Source of the DNA: Octopus bimaculoides | Lineage: Eukaryota | Assembly: GCF_001194135.2 (NCBI RefSeq) | Contig: NC_069003.1 | Span: 18,646,982 to 18,683,998, forward strand | Direction of reading: 5' to 3' | DNA length: 37,017 nucleotides | In this document: in pieces, positions 12,640 through 23,399 of the stretch | Position numbering within the stretch: position 1 is the stretch's first letter | How the letters are laid out: each line of letters begins with the position of its first letter | Made by a program: the position numbers and the translations under genes | Notes under the pieces: model-generated | Seen by the model: the letters and a program-made list of their open reading frames with translations, nothing else | What the model was told of the DNA's origin: nothing | The model's database searches: none

Positions 12640-13770
12640 CTGCCCTAAATCAGCCCTAACTCAGCAGATCTATGACAAAAGACCTTCCAACCATGACCAT
12701 ATCATGTCTAGAACTATATCGTTATCTAATGTATCATTCTATCTATTTAAATGGTAGGGTGTGGATATGAGATATTTAGGGGTGATTCTTATTCAGCCTA
12801 ATCCCTCACTTCAGACATGTTCAGCTTGGTTAGACCTGCAGTACTGGGAGTCAAACTGTTGCCAGTACAGTTCTTTGGTTGGAACTTAAAAAAAAAAAAT
12901 AGCAGCCAAATTTTCCTCAAATTATACCCTACCATTATAAAAGGGCAGATTGGACAATATAGTCTTGGATATACAAAATGATGGGATGGTGGCCACAGCC
13001 AGAAGACTTTTGATCACAGATCTGCTGGATCAAGTAGTTTGGAAATGGAGAAGGTAAAAGGCAGTGATCAAAGAGAAACAGTCTTGAAAATGGAAAGCTG
13101 ACGCCATTTACTCAACATCAAAGTTACACTGCCTATCCTGGACACAGCAGGGGATATTTATATGTGAAAGAATAAACTTAAATGATGGAGTTGATAAAGA
13201 GAAACAAGAAAAATGATATCAGGATTTAAGGACAAATTCTAAATACTCCACTTCAATGAACTGCAAGGAAACAGGCAACAGGTGGTTGGTAAAAAACTGT
13301 TGTCTCAAACCAACGAGGAAGCTCCAAAGTGATTACTCAACTGGTTAGAAATAGCAACCGAATATCCCTCAAAATCCACCCACTATCTTAAAGAAAGTGG
13401 GGAAGAAGCGGTGAACAATATGGTTAAAGTTTAAATGCTTTTGATCATACATAAACTTGATCAGAACTGATCTAGAGCTAAAAAAAAAGAACAAAAAAAA
13501 AAATCAACCACAAAAAGATGCACGAGGCAAGAAAGCCTCGACATCAGTTATGGGCAAACTGCACCTCACCTGACAATGAACCATGTCTTGTGCAGCCCAC
13601 TTCTCAAAACAGGTTACCCATGCTTGCACTACATCACTGCTTGCTAGAAATAGCAACTAAATTTCCCTCAAATGATGGTCTGCCATTTTTAAAAAGAAGA
13701 CATGAGATAGTCCTAAATACACAATTAAGAAAGACAATGAATTAAGATGGTCCTAAATATACAATGTTGG
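12640..13770. repeat. Cluster of a fourth interspersed repeat family (one inverted copy, three direct copies)
   Basis: aatagca(g/a)c..aa..t.cctcaaa recurs near 12900, 13350 and 13650. Its revcomp with cagcagatct(a/g)tga lies at 12645-12795. Confidence 0.7.
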
Positions 13771-15047
13771 AGAAAGAAAAGACAGCATGGTCCCAGTTTG
13801 AACTCCTTTCATTGCATATTGCAATAACGAAGCAATGACAAGGCAACTGTGACTGTGGTTATATCTTCAGGGAAGAGAGTGAGAGAGTAGAGTATTATAT
13901 TCTTTATTTATTGCAGTTCTTGTTTGTTACAAAACATTTTTATTTAGCCAGCATCGACATCTCACTCTTGCTCATCATTATCATGTGCTTCTAGGTGTGT
14001 GTTTACATGTATGTATGTATTGTATATACATGTGTGCATGCACATGTGTGTGTGTGTGGTTGTATGTGTGCCTCATGCATGTATGTATGTGCATGCATAC
14101 TTGTGCATGTGTGTGTGCATGTGTATATGTACATACATGTCATTAGCTTCAAACCAGTAATTACTGAACAAAGCAGAGTGAGTTTTTAAAAATTATGAAA
14201 ATTTTCTTACAAAACATGAAAATGTCACAAATTAAAAGTCTTGAGTGGATCTTGGTTTCAAATGTTTGGTAGTGAGAAAAGAAATTTTAGGGATAAAATT
14301 GAAATAACACCCAAATTTTTTAAACAAAAGATACAAAAAGTGCAAATTCAAAGGAAAAAAATCAAAATACTCATTATTATTATACAATAAAATGTGCTGA
14401 AAGAATAAATTTTAAAGTGTAAAAAAAAAAAAAGAAAAAGGAAAGTATTTGACAATTAAGTTTAAATATTGTACAAAATGCACTTGGCAAGTCCTGGTGC
14501 AATAAGCATTATATTAAAAAACTCCTGAAAATGTCCGAAGTGGTGTCAAAATATTTTCAAGTAAAAACAAATTACCTCTTCATTGTGACAATAAATTTAC
14601 ATAAACTAGTACGTTTTCCATTGTTTTCAATTCCAGTAATCAGAATTGATTAGTGTTGAGGATATGGCATCGAAATGTGAGCAGCAAAAATTTCAAATTT
14701 ACTGGAGAAAACGTTCGAAAAAATTAAGATTTTGTAATGAAAAGTTTTCATAAATTAATCTCATGAAATTATTGGGCAGAATTCTTTTAAAGCTTCCTTC
14801 TAATCAATAACATTACTTTTGAAGAATAAGAAAACCAAGTCTCAAACTATTACTTGTCAGTTGGTGCATTTTGTATTTTTCCTCCAGATATCTTCAGTGG
14901 CAAAAAAGTCACTAATAACGAAAAGTTAAAGAAAGACAAACCATCAGATTTCTTTCATATTCTGTTGAAATCATTTTCAAAAATATAAAAAGATTATTCT
15001 GGCAACAGTATTGAAGCTTAACTGAGGAATAGTGATTCAAATACCAA

Positions 15048-17054
15048 TCAGCTAGCTTTAATGCCCTTCCAATTTTCTAATATTGAATTCATGAAGAGAA
15101 ACCCAGAAGTTTCCAATTGTTTTGGACTATGTTCTCCTTTAAACAACTGGCTCAGTGGTCGTGTTGTACAAACTGGGTAGACAGTCATATCAGACACAGA
15201 TGGACTCAGGATGTTGGGAAGCTTACTCCATTCAAATATGTTAACATCAAACAAATAGACATGAAAAATATGAGGACTCAAATGGACTGATGCATACAAT
15301 ATTGACCCACAAACTTTAACTGAGCTACGAGGGAAGTTGTTTTGGTTTTGTAAAGGCAAGCAACTAAGTTGGGGTTTGGGTATAGTGATTCCATCGTCTG
15401 TCCATCTCTTACTTTCTAGATCATAACAAATACTTTTTGTAACATGACTTTTATAATTAGCATCATCCACTGAATTCCACTCATTTATTCCACCAAGATC
15501 ATCCAAAAATTGCAGTTTTCGGTTAAAATAAATGGCCTGATTCAACTGGATATCACTCAAGTTAACAAACATATTGGAGAGTAATATATATTCCCCTTTA
15601 CAAGTATCAATCTGGTATAAGTAAGAAGCAGGAAGACTAGCAGGACACTCTCCTCCATACTCATTAGAATCTGTTACTGGGTTTGTATGAACAAAGTTTT
15701 GAGTTATCTGAGCAACAACAAACACGATGTTGTTTTCTACTGGAATTGCATGCAGTTTCACAGAAAAATCTTCCTTCGAGACAACTGTTGTTTCGAAGCT
15801 AGATCCACTAAGGTTCTGTACAATATCCAATACTAGTGACCAAGATTTAATAATGTCGTAGACATACAATGAAAATACCAAACCTCTGTTTGAACGGTCC
15901 CAACAATTCATAATTACATGAAGTCGCCCTGACTGGCAAAAATAATGGGTTGCTTCTTTGGAAGGATTCACTGCACGTCCTTGTCTCATTACTGTGCGCA
16001 AAACTGATGGCATAACTTCAGCAACTTTGGTTGATAAATTTATTAAATTGATGTTATAAATATCTTTTCCAAGGGACACCAAATAGTTGCTGTCAATGAT
16101 ACCAAGTGGTGTCCCATTATGGTTGAGTAAATCGAATGTCCATTTCTTGGTTTCAGCACAATATATATTTGTGCCATGAGAATAATTCTCCTGCACCAAA
16201 ATACCATAAAAAAGAGGTTGAAGATCAGATTTATCAACTGGTGAAGTTACTTGCTCAATAGGTTCCACAGAACGTCTCCAACTGATTTTCCCTTTGAAAT
16301 CTGGAAGATATAAGCTAAGTTGTGAAGTTGGGACATTGTAAGCATTTGTCAAACTGTGGACAGAATCCAATATTACTTCTAAAGCCTGGTTGTTGAGATA
16401 TTTTAACAAAAGTGACTTGGCTATGTCTTTACGAGTATCAAAGTCCCCTGCATTCATCCAGGAAACAATCAAATAACTTACATCTTCATGCCTAGCACTT
16501 TTGATCAATTCTTCATTATTTAATACTGTGGTTATACAGTTCGAGGTGAAGTCACCCAAATCAGTTTCGTCAATTATCTCACGACAGAAAATGACTGCTA
16601 GTAAGGAACTACATATGATCTCCAGTTCTTTCATTTCATATAAATAGGAAAGCTTCCATGTCCAGAGGATGTTCTGTGGTTGTAGTTGTTCAAGAAGAAA
16701 CTGTGCACAGTGATGCTTCAAACTGTGAAGCATAAATAGATGGGCTGCACCGAGAACTTGTTCTAGGGTCTTTCGACGTAGCATTACTTTTCCTGTGTAC
16801 ATATAATCAATGACTAGTTTAAGAACAGCAACATCCTCAAAAGAGCTGGAGAAATCAATAGTTTTTGTGGAGCTCTCACGGAAACTTGACTGAAGCATCA
16901 CTTCAAAATATTCACTCGCTGAACTGAGAACAATACCATGGACAGCTATAACGTCATCGTTAACTTTCAGAACAACATCTGTATAGAATCCAGTTTCGTA
17001 TAAGTTATGTAATTTGTCGTTTCTTTCTCTCAGACTTGTTTCATCGCAGTACAT
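15048..17054 (-). CDS. BTB-BACK domain protein with divergent kelch-like beta-propeller (KLHL/KBTBD-like, putative CUL3 adaptor)
   Basis: 668-aa open frame, no repeats. BTB signature YTDVVLKV...VHGIVLSSASEYFEVML..SFRES...VIDYMYTG, then BACK-like CAQFLLEQLQPQNILWTWKLSYLYEMKEL. C-terminus has YDxxxxxW-type blade ends (IYCAETKKW, VYDIIKSW, CYDLESKRW, LFDVNIFEW). Stop TGA at 15050-15048. The exon probably starts at 17098 and the N-terminus may be longer. Confidence 0.93.
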   Translation of the reverse strand: MYCDETSLRERNDKLHNLYETGFYTDVVLKVNDDVIAVHGIVLSSASEYFEVMLQSSFRESSTKTIDFSSSFEDVAVLKLVIDYMYTGKVMLRRKTLEQVLGAAHLFMLHSLKHHCAQFLLEQLQPQNILWTWKLSYLYEMKELEIICSSLLAVIFCREIIDETDLGDFTSNCITTVLNNEELIKSARHEDVSYLIVSWMNAGDFDTRKDIAKSLLLKYLNNQALEVILDSVHSLTNAYNVPTSQLSLYLPDFKGKISWRRSVEPIEQVTSPVDKSDLQPLFYGILVQENYSHGTNIYCAETKKWTFDLLNHNGTPLGIIDSNYLVSLGKDIYNINLINLSTKVAEVMPSVLRTVMRQGRAVNPSKEATHYFCQSGRLHVIMNCWDRSNRGLVFSLYVYDIIKSWSLVLDIVQNLSGSSFETTVVSKEDFSVKLHAIPVENNIVFVVAQITQNFVHTNPVTDSNEYGGECPASLPASYLYQIDTCKGEYILLSNMFVNLSDIQLNQAIYFNRKLQFLDDLGGINEWNSVDDANYKSHVTKSICYDLESKRWTDDGITIPKPQLSCLPLQNQNNFPRSSVKVCGSILYASVHLSPHIFHVYLFDVNIFEWSKLPNILSPSVSDMTVYPVCTTRPLSQLFKGEHSPKQLETSGFLFMNSILENWKGIKAS

Positions 17055-17098
17055 AATATTGAGGTCGATAGACAGGGACTTGCAAATGCAATTTTGAC

Positions 17099-17120
17099 CT
17101 GGAGAGAAAAGAATTCAAAA
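17099..17120 (-). other. 3' splice acceptor upstream of the BTB exon
   Basis: Minus strand reads ttttgaattcttttctctccAG|gtcaaaat: a pyrimidine tract plus CAG, 44 nt before the ATG. The frame is open between acceptor and ATG, with an in-frame TGA just inside the intron. Confidence 0.75.
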
Positions 17121-17354
17121 GCAGGAATAAAAGGTATTTTAAATAAAGCAAGTGAAAAATTACAGTAAATAAAAAGTAATTCTTTCATACAAAGATATCA
17201 AATCACATTCTGTTTGATAAAATAAACTATCAGTCTAGTTTTAAGATCAATATAATGGATTTTACCCTCATGCCCAAATTTCTTACTCTATGCTGGGAGT
17301 CACATTACTGTGCATAAACTATATCAGTCGAATTTCAGGAACTGTACAGAATAC

Positions 17355-17452
17355 ATGTTTCTTTGGGGTTGATTTATTCAACTAAAAATTCTTCAAGGCA
17401 GTAGCCCAAAATGGCTGCAGTCTACCGACTGAAACAAGTAAAGGATAAAAAA
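17355..17452 (+). mobile_element. SINE family A 3' fragment
   Basis: ggggttgatttattcaactaaaa..ttcaaggcagt...atggctgcagtc...ctgaaacaagtaaa. Confidence 0.7.
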
Positions 17453-17584
17453 AAATAGTTAAAATTTCAAAAAATATGCATAATTTATTAAAACAATTAG
17501 TCCTCCAGTACAAAAAATATGTACAAAATGAACTTGATAGGGAAAGTGTTTAGAGTAGTGGTTTAGCAGAATCATCTTGATCGT

Positions 17585-17762
17585 TGCCAGGGCCATGGAT
17601 TGGCTCCCGTGCCGGTGGCATGTAAAAAGCACCCACTACACTTTCAGAGGGTTGGTATTAGGAAGGGCATCTAGCTGTAGAAACTTTGCCTGACCAGATT
17701 GAGCCTGGTGTAGCCTTTAGCTCACCAGTCCACAGTCAAACTGTTCAACCCATGCCATGCCC
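17585..17762 (+). mobile_element. Interspersed repeat (SINE or LINE 3'-derived), fifth family
   Basis: ggctcccgtgccggtggcatgtaaaaagcacc...ggaagggcatctagctgtagaaac...caacccatgc; recognised from memory as a common octopus repeat. Confidence 0.6.
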
Positions 17763-17784
17763 TCACCCAAAATTTCAGGTCTGA

Positions 17785-17966
17785 ACCTATAGTAATCCGT
17801 CTTTACATTTTGAGTTCAAATACCACCGAGGTTGACTTTGCCTTTCATCTTTTCAGTGTTGATAGAAATAAGTACAAGTCAAGCACTGGGATTGATGTAA
17901 TCAACTTGCCACTTCCCCTAAATTTCAGGCCCTTATGTCTTTAGTAGAAAAGAACAAATGAAATCA

Positions 17967-18006
<40 letters not shown>

Positions 18007-18205
18007 AGGCAGTGAGCTGGCAGACTTGTTAGCATGCCAGACAAAATACTTAGCAGTATTTCTTCTGCCACTACATACTGAGTTCAAATTCCACCGAGGT
18101 CAACTTTGCCTTTCATCCTTTCGGGGTCAATAAACTAGGTACCAGTGAAACACTGGGGTTGGCTATTCCCCACCCCAAAATTTCATGCCTTGTGCCTATA
18201 TAGAA
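17785..18205 (+). mobile_element. Two tandem SINE family B copies separated by (ATT)n
   Basis: gagttcaaat.ccaccgaggt..actttgcctttcatc occurs near 17812 and 18080. Confidence 0.85.
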
Positions 18206-18554
18206 ACGATTATCATCATCATCATTATTAATCTCCAAAGCTGGAAGCATTTCTAAAGCTCTGTAAGTTAGTGCTTTGTTTTCCTTATTAGAAGTTCAAT
18301 ATAGTTAATTTTATTGTATCTTATTTCCAAGTTAACAAGTATCATATTCATTGTATCAACTATTTGGTCAACTTGCCCTGCAGGGCAGAAAGCTTGGAAA
18401 GAAAACTTCTTTTGAGACATAAAAAAACTTCAACATGGCATTAACTTCATCACTGAGCAAAGAAGAGAGGAAGGTAGGAGGAGACTTTGAAAGTGAAATT
18501 GTATTTCGCCATCACTTTTTCCTCAAATTTTCCAAAAGATTGTATCAATGATAT

Positions 18555-18725
18555 CAGTAGCAACTACAATAGTAACAACAAAAACAACAACGCAACAGTG
18601 ATGGCAGCAGCAAGAACAATGACATATCATGTAACGAAGCTTGAAAAATAACCAGCAACAGCAAATCGTGCAATGCAAACACCACTACTACCACACAAAT
18701 CAGAAGTAATAATAGCAGTGAAAAT
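18555..18725. repeat. Degenerate (CAA/CAG) trinucleotide tract
   Basis: cagtagcaactacaatagtaacaacaaaaacaacaacgcaacag... Confidence 0.7.
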
Positions 18726-19039
18726 GATAGTTCAAACAGTATCAACAGCTTTAAACATTCTACACAATGGCAAAAAAAATCACCAATGTATTTGTGTGAT
18801 GTGATTAGAAAACAAGGGTGAATGTTTAAAAGAGGTAGAAAAGCATGTATACCAACATGAACAAAGAAAGGTCACACCAAATATACCATAAAATCTTTTA
18901 GACAAAACGTAAAAGGAAACTATTTTTCATGGGTGCTTGTCTGCAAGAAAGCACAACATTCCTTCCAAAAGCAAACACCCAAATATAACATACATAAAGA
19001 AACTGGCATTCTGTTAGTTATGATGATGAGGCTTCCAGT

Positions 19040-19325
19040 TGGTCTGATCAACAGAACAGTCAACTCATGAAATATAACGTGCAAGTGGCTGAGTGCTCCA
19101 CAGACACATGTACACATAACATAGCTCTCAGGGAGATTCAGTGTGACACAGAATATGACAAGGCTGGCCCTTTGAAATGCAAGTGGTACTCATTTTTACG
19201 AGCTGAGTGAACTGGAGCAACATGAAATAAAGTGTCTTCCTCAAGGACATAACATGCTGCCAGGAATCAAACTCATGACCCTATGTTCATGATGCAAATA
19301 CCCTGACCACTAAGCCACACACCTT
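19040..19325 (-). mobile_element. SINE family C
   Basis: Revcomp has tRNA head gtggcttagtggtcagggt...gagtttgattcctgg and the body shared with 22043-22560. Confidence 0.8.
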
Positions 19326-19479
19326 AACTCATAACATATGTACAAAACCCTAAAAAGCAAACACCCAAAAGGAGTAGGAGATTTCTGTTCTTTTATAAAT
19401 ATAAGACAATACGAAGAACTGCTGGCGGAGATACCCACAGTCATCTGAAAGGATGAAACACTTTTCCTGTACAAGAATA

Positions 19480-21860
19480 AGGTGATACTTTTTTGCCCAC
19501 TTCTCTCTTGTTGATTATGCTTGCACTCAGAATAGGCAGTGTAAATGTACATAGCCTGAGGTCAGCTTGGAAGCAGGGCCACTTGCTCAACAACCTCAAG
19601 TCACTAGATATAGATGTGGTAGCCATCAGCAAGACCAGAGTTTCTGATCCACAAGCCTCCGTGCCCATTCTCAGTGAATATGAGATTTACTTATCTCCAA
19701 GTCAACTGGGCTTGGGAGGTGAAACTGCTGTGTTAATTCAGAAAAGTCTGATCTCACAATACAAGCCATCTTCTTGGATCCAGAGGTAAACTGGTGTCCT
19801 GCATGTGACCAATAGTAAAGGAGATGCTTTTAGACTAGTAGCTATTTATGCTCCAACAGGGACAAGAAAGCTGCAGTTTTTTAGGCATCGGGTACTTTAG
19901 TGCTTGTGATTGACTGGAACACCATATTGGATGCATGTTTGAATTGTGTGGGATTAACTAATAAGAGAGTGGGTGTAGAAGCCTCACACACCTGCTCAAA
20001 CAGTTTCAGCTGACAGATAATGACTGAATTTCCCAAATGTGCCAGTGTAAACATGAATGAATGGTGCCAGGACATCTAGGTCATACCTAGAAAATATAGT
20101 ATTCTGTAAGTCAGTAGATAGGGATGGTATAGGTTAACTTCTTAAAATCATTGACAACAGAGACTACAAACTTGTGATCTGTACAGTTGACCTAGAAACA
20201 CTTTGTAGGCAAGGACCTGGTTAATGGAAGCTGAACATATCACTTTTGATGCACCAACTTCCAGAAACTGGAGAGGTGCTGATGGGGTCAATCATCAGCA
20301 ACAAATGGTGGTGCTCCCTGAAAAGGGCCATTAGAATAGAATTCATAAAGGTTTCATAAAGGGCATAACGATAGAAAAAAAGAGAATAGAGGGTAAGAAA
20401 GAAACTTGGAAGAGGCTCTTAGGGATGACACTGCAGCCAATGTGCTCGCAGCAAGATTGGCCCTCAACCAATCCTTCAATATTGTCAGAGTTGTGCCATG
20501 CACTCCAAGACATGAGGGGATGAAAGCTGCTCAATTGGCCCAATTGGCAGAGGCACAATGTGGAAACAAATCCACAATTTGGTCACTGGTAGACCATAAT
20601 GGGTATATATTCTTCGACCCTAAGCATATGTGAAAGGATTTTCAGTAACACTTCACTCAGTTGTTTGGGAAAAATGGTGAGCCAGGATGCAAGATGGATT
20701 TCATTGCCTTACCTCAACAGCCAGCCGTGTCTCTCAGCAAGACAGGCAGAGTGTTGCAAAAAGCCAATAACAGCTATGGAAATACAGGAAGTGTTTTTAT
20801 ATGCCAGACTTGTTTGGAGACCTTTTTGCAGAAATCTATTGGAACTGGCAGCAGAATATGAGGAGTCCCAGTTTTGTGGGTCGAGGAGTGTCACTTTGAC
20901 CGAACTGCAATCCTGGGTCAAGTGTAGACCAAGGCAGAGTGCTCAGCACCGAGAGTACTGTCAGACACAACTCCCTACCAATTGAGCAATGCAGTTGGTG
21001 AAAATCCCACTTTGATGATCTATAAAGGTTTGGCTGAGCAGGAATGACAATGTTTTTGAGAAGATTCTGGGCATCGATGAGAATCAATTGTCTGGTTTGT
21101 TTTGGAGAGCTTTGGGTTGAGGCTCAAGTATTATTTGCAGAAATCTCTGTGTGGGAGTGATACTGGTGAGTATTGCTGATTCAGGATAAACTCAACAGGC
21201 ATGGCAATACCATCAGCTGGGACTGTCAGAGATGCGTGCAGAGCAACGAAATTGTTCTATATGCACTTCTCCATTGCTCAAGCATTGCTGCCTTGTGGGT
21301 TTATCTCAAACACCAGTTGTTGCATGTGGGACAGATCTGACTATCAACTGAATCTATTGTGAAGATTGTCCCTTCTTTTAGTTGAAGGTCAGGCAGTTTT
21401 TATATGTCTAGTGGCCTAAGCAAAAGTGGTTGCATGGTGGACCAGATCGAAACAACTAAAGTCAGACACTTTCCTCTTTGGCTAAGCCCTCATCAAACTT
21501 TTCAGGTTTCATTTGAAAAGAAAAGTGAGGGTGGAGAAGGAAGTGCTGCTTTCCAGTAAAGCTGTTGAAAGGTGGACGAATATGGCAAGGATGGTGCGAG
21601 TGAACAAGCCTGCTTCAAGCAATCAAAAGATATGGATGAAGATAGGGCACTTGTTCAAGTGGTCAGGGTAACCATGGTTCTGAGGGGGTTTCCATTAGCA
21701 GCTCTCGGAAGCCTTCCTACTCCTGGGAATTTTTTTCTTGCTTGAATTTTTATTTCATTGTTTTTGTTATTCTTTGGTTTACACTTCTCCATATAATGCC
21801 TCATCATATATCATATTGTCCTGTACCATCCTTTGTCCTTATGTAAACCCTTAGAAGTAA
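19480..21860 (+). mobile_element. L1/Tx1-clade LINE ORF2 remnant with the RT core deleted
   Basis: RIGSVNVHSLRS, VVAISKTR, AFRLVAIYAPTG, IDWNTILD and GPG*WKLNISLL (APE and linker), plus C-terminal CQRCVQSNEIVLYALLHC. Ends in an A/T-rich tail near 21860. I found no YADD segment. Confidence 0.85.
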
Positions 21861-22042
21861 ATAAGTTATTATCATTATTATTGCGGTGAGTTGCCAGAAT
21901 CATTGGAGCTTAAATTCTTTAGTGGATCAGATCATAACTGTCATTTGTTAATTATGACACATCCTGTAGAGGTGGAGATAATTTTTAAAAAATTAGGCTG
22001 TATGACATTTGATGTATCAGTTTTTCGCCTATGCTGTAAAGA

Positions 22043-22560
22043 CTCGTGGCTTAACAGTTAGGGCATTTGGCTCATGATTGTGAGTTCAACTCACAACAGT
22101 GTATTGTGTCATTGAGCAAGAAACTTTATGTCATGTTGCTCAAGTCCATTTAGATGGCAAAAACGAGTTGTACCTGTATTTCAAAGAGCAAGCCATGTCT
22201 CATACTGTGTCATGCTGATTCTGCCAGCGAACCACATTAAGGGTATGCATGTCTGAGGAGTACTTGACCACTTGCATATTAATTTCCTGATCAGGCTGTT
22301 CCACTGGTCAGATCTACTGACAGCCTCGTTGTCATAACTGACAGAGTGCCAGTTATGTATGTATATGTGCATGCTGTAGCTATAATTCAAAGGACTGGCC
22401 TTGTTACATTCTGTGTCACACTGAATCTCTTTGAGAACCATGTTAAGGACACATGTCATCTGTGAAGGGTTCAGCCACTTGCAATGTTAATTTCCCAAGC
22501 AGGCAGTTCTGTTGATTGGATCAACTGGAACTCTAGTCGTCATAACTGACAGAGTGTCTC
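22043..22560 (+). mobile_element. SINE family C with a tandemly duplicated 3' half
   Basis: ccacttgca..ttaatttcc...caggc.gttc...gtcataactgacagagtg occurs twice (about 22270-22350 and 22475-22558). Confidence 0.85.
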
Positions 22561-23224
22561 AGGTTCACCCATGTTGTTCAAATACATGCTACTGGCCATT
22601 TTATTTCTCTTAGCTCATTTCTGTATGTGTTGTGAATTTAAAAACTGATCAACAACCTTATTTGATTTTCAATGGCTATTTGAGTTTCATTAGGTGTGGC
22701 TACAAACATTTAACCAATCCGAGAAACAAGCAGTGAAGTCATTCTCTTTATATACATATCAAATCTATTAGGTTCAGGGTGTGTGTATGCTTGTGCAAGT
22801 GTGTTTGCGTGTGTGTGTGCGTGCGTGCGTGCGTGTGTGTGAGTATATGTGTGTGAGTGCATGCATGTGAGTGTATGCACATGAGTGTATGCGTGAGTGC
22901 ATGTGTGTGAGCATGCGTGCGTGTGTGAGCATGCATGCGTGTGTGAGCATGCGTGTCTGTGAATATGCGTACATGTGTGTNNNNNNNNNNNNNNNNNNNN
23001 NNNNNNNNNNNNNNNNNNNNNNNNNNNNNNNNNNNNNNNNNNNNNNNNNNNNNNNNNNNNNNNNNNNNNNNNNNNNNNNNNNNNNNNNNNNNNNNNNNNN
23101 NNNNNNNNNNNNNNNNNNNNNNNNNNNNNNNNNNNNNNNNNNNNNNNNNNNNNNNNNNNNNNNNNNNNNNNNNNNNNNNNNNNNNNNNTAAGAAGGTAGC
23201 TAATTAGTAAGGTGTTAAGAACAT

Positions 23225-23345
23225 TGGATAGACTACCTCGCAGAATTTGTCCAACTCTCTACATTTTGAGTTCAAATCCAGCCAAAATCAGCTTTGCTTT
23301 CCAGAATCTAAAAAAATAAGTAATAATCCAGGGCCTTGGTTTGTA
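23225..23345 (+). mobile_element. SINE family B fragment
   Basis: ttttgagttcaaatccagccaaaatcagctttgcttt. Confidence 0.55.
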
Positions 23346-23399
23346 ATTAACTCGTACATCTTGATGTCAGCCAAACAGCTTCCATCAACCCATTTTCAC

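Noticed and set aside
16043-16237. Overlapping 64-aa ORF within the BTB gene
   Set aside because: A short alternative-frame ORF with no independent support.
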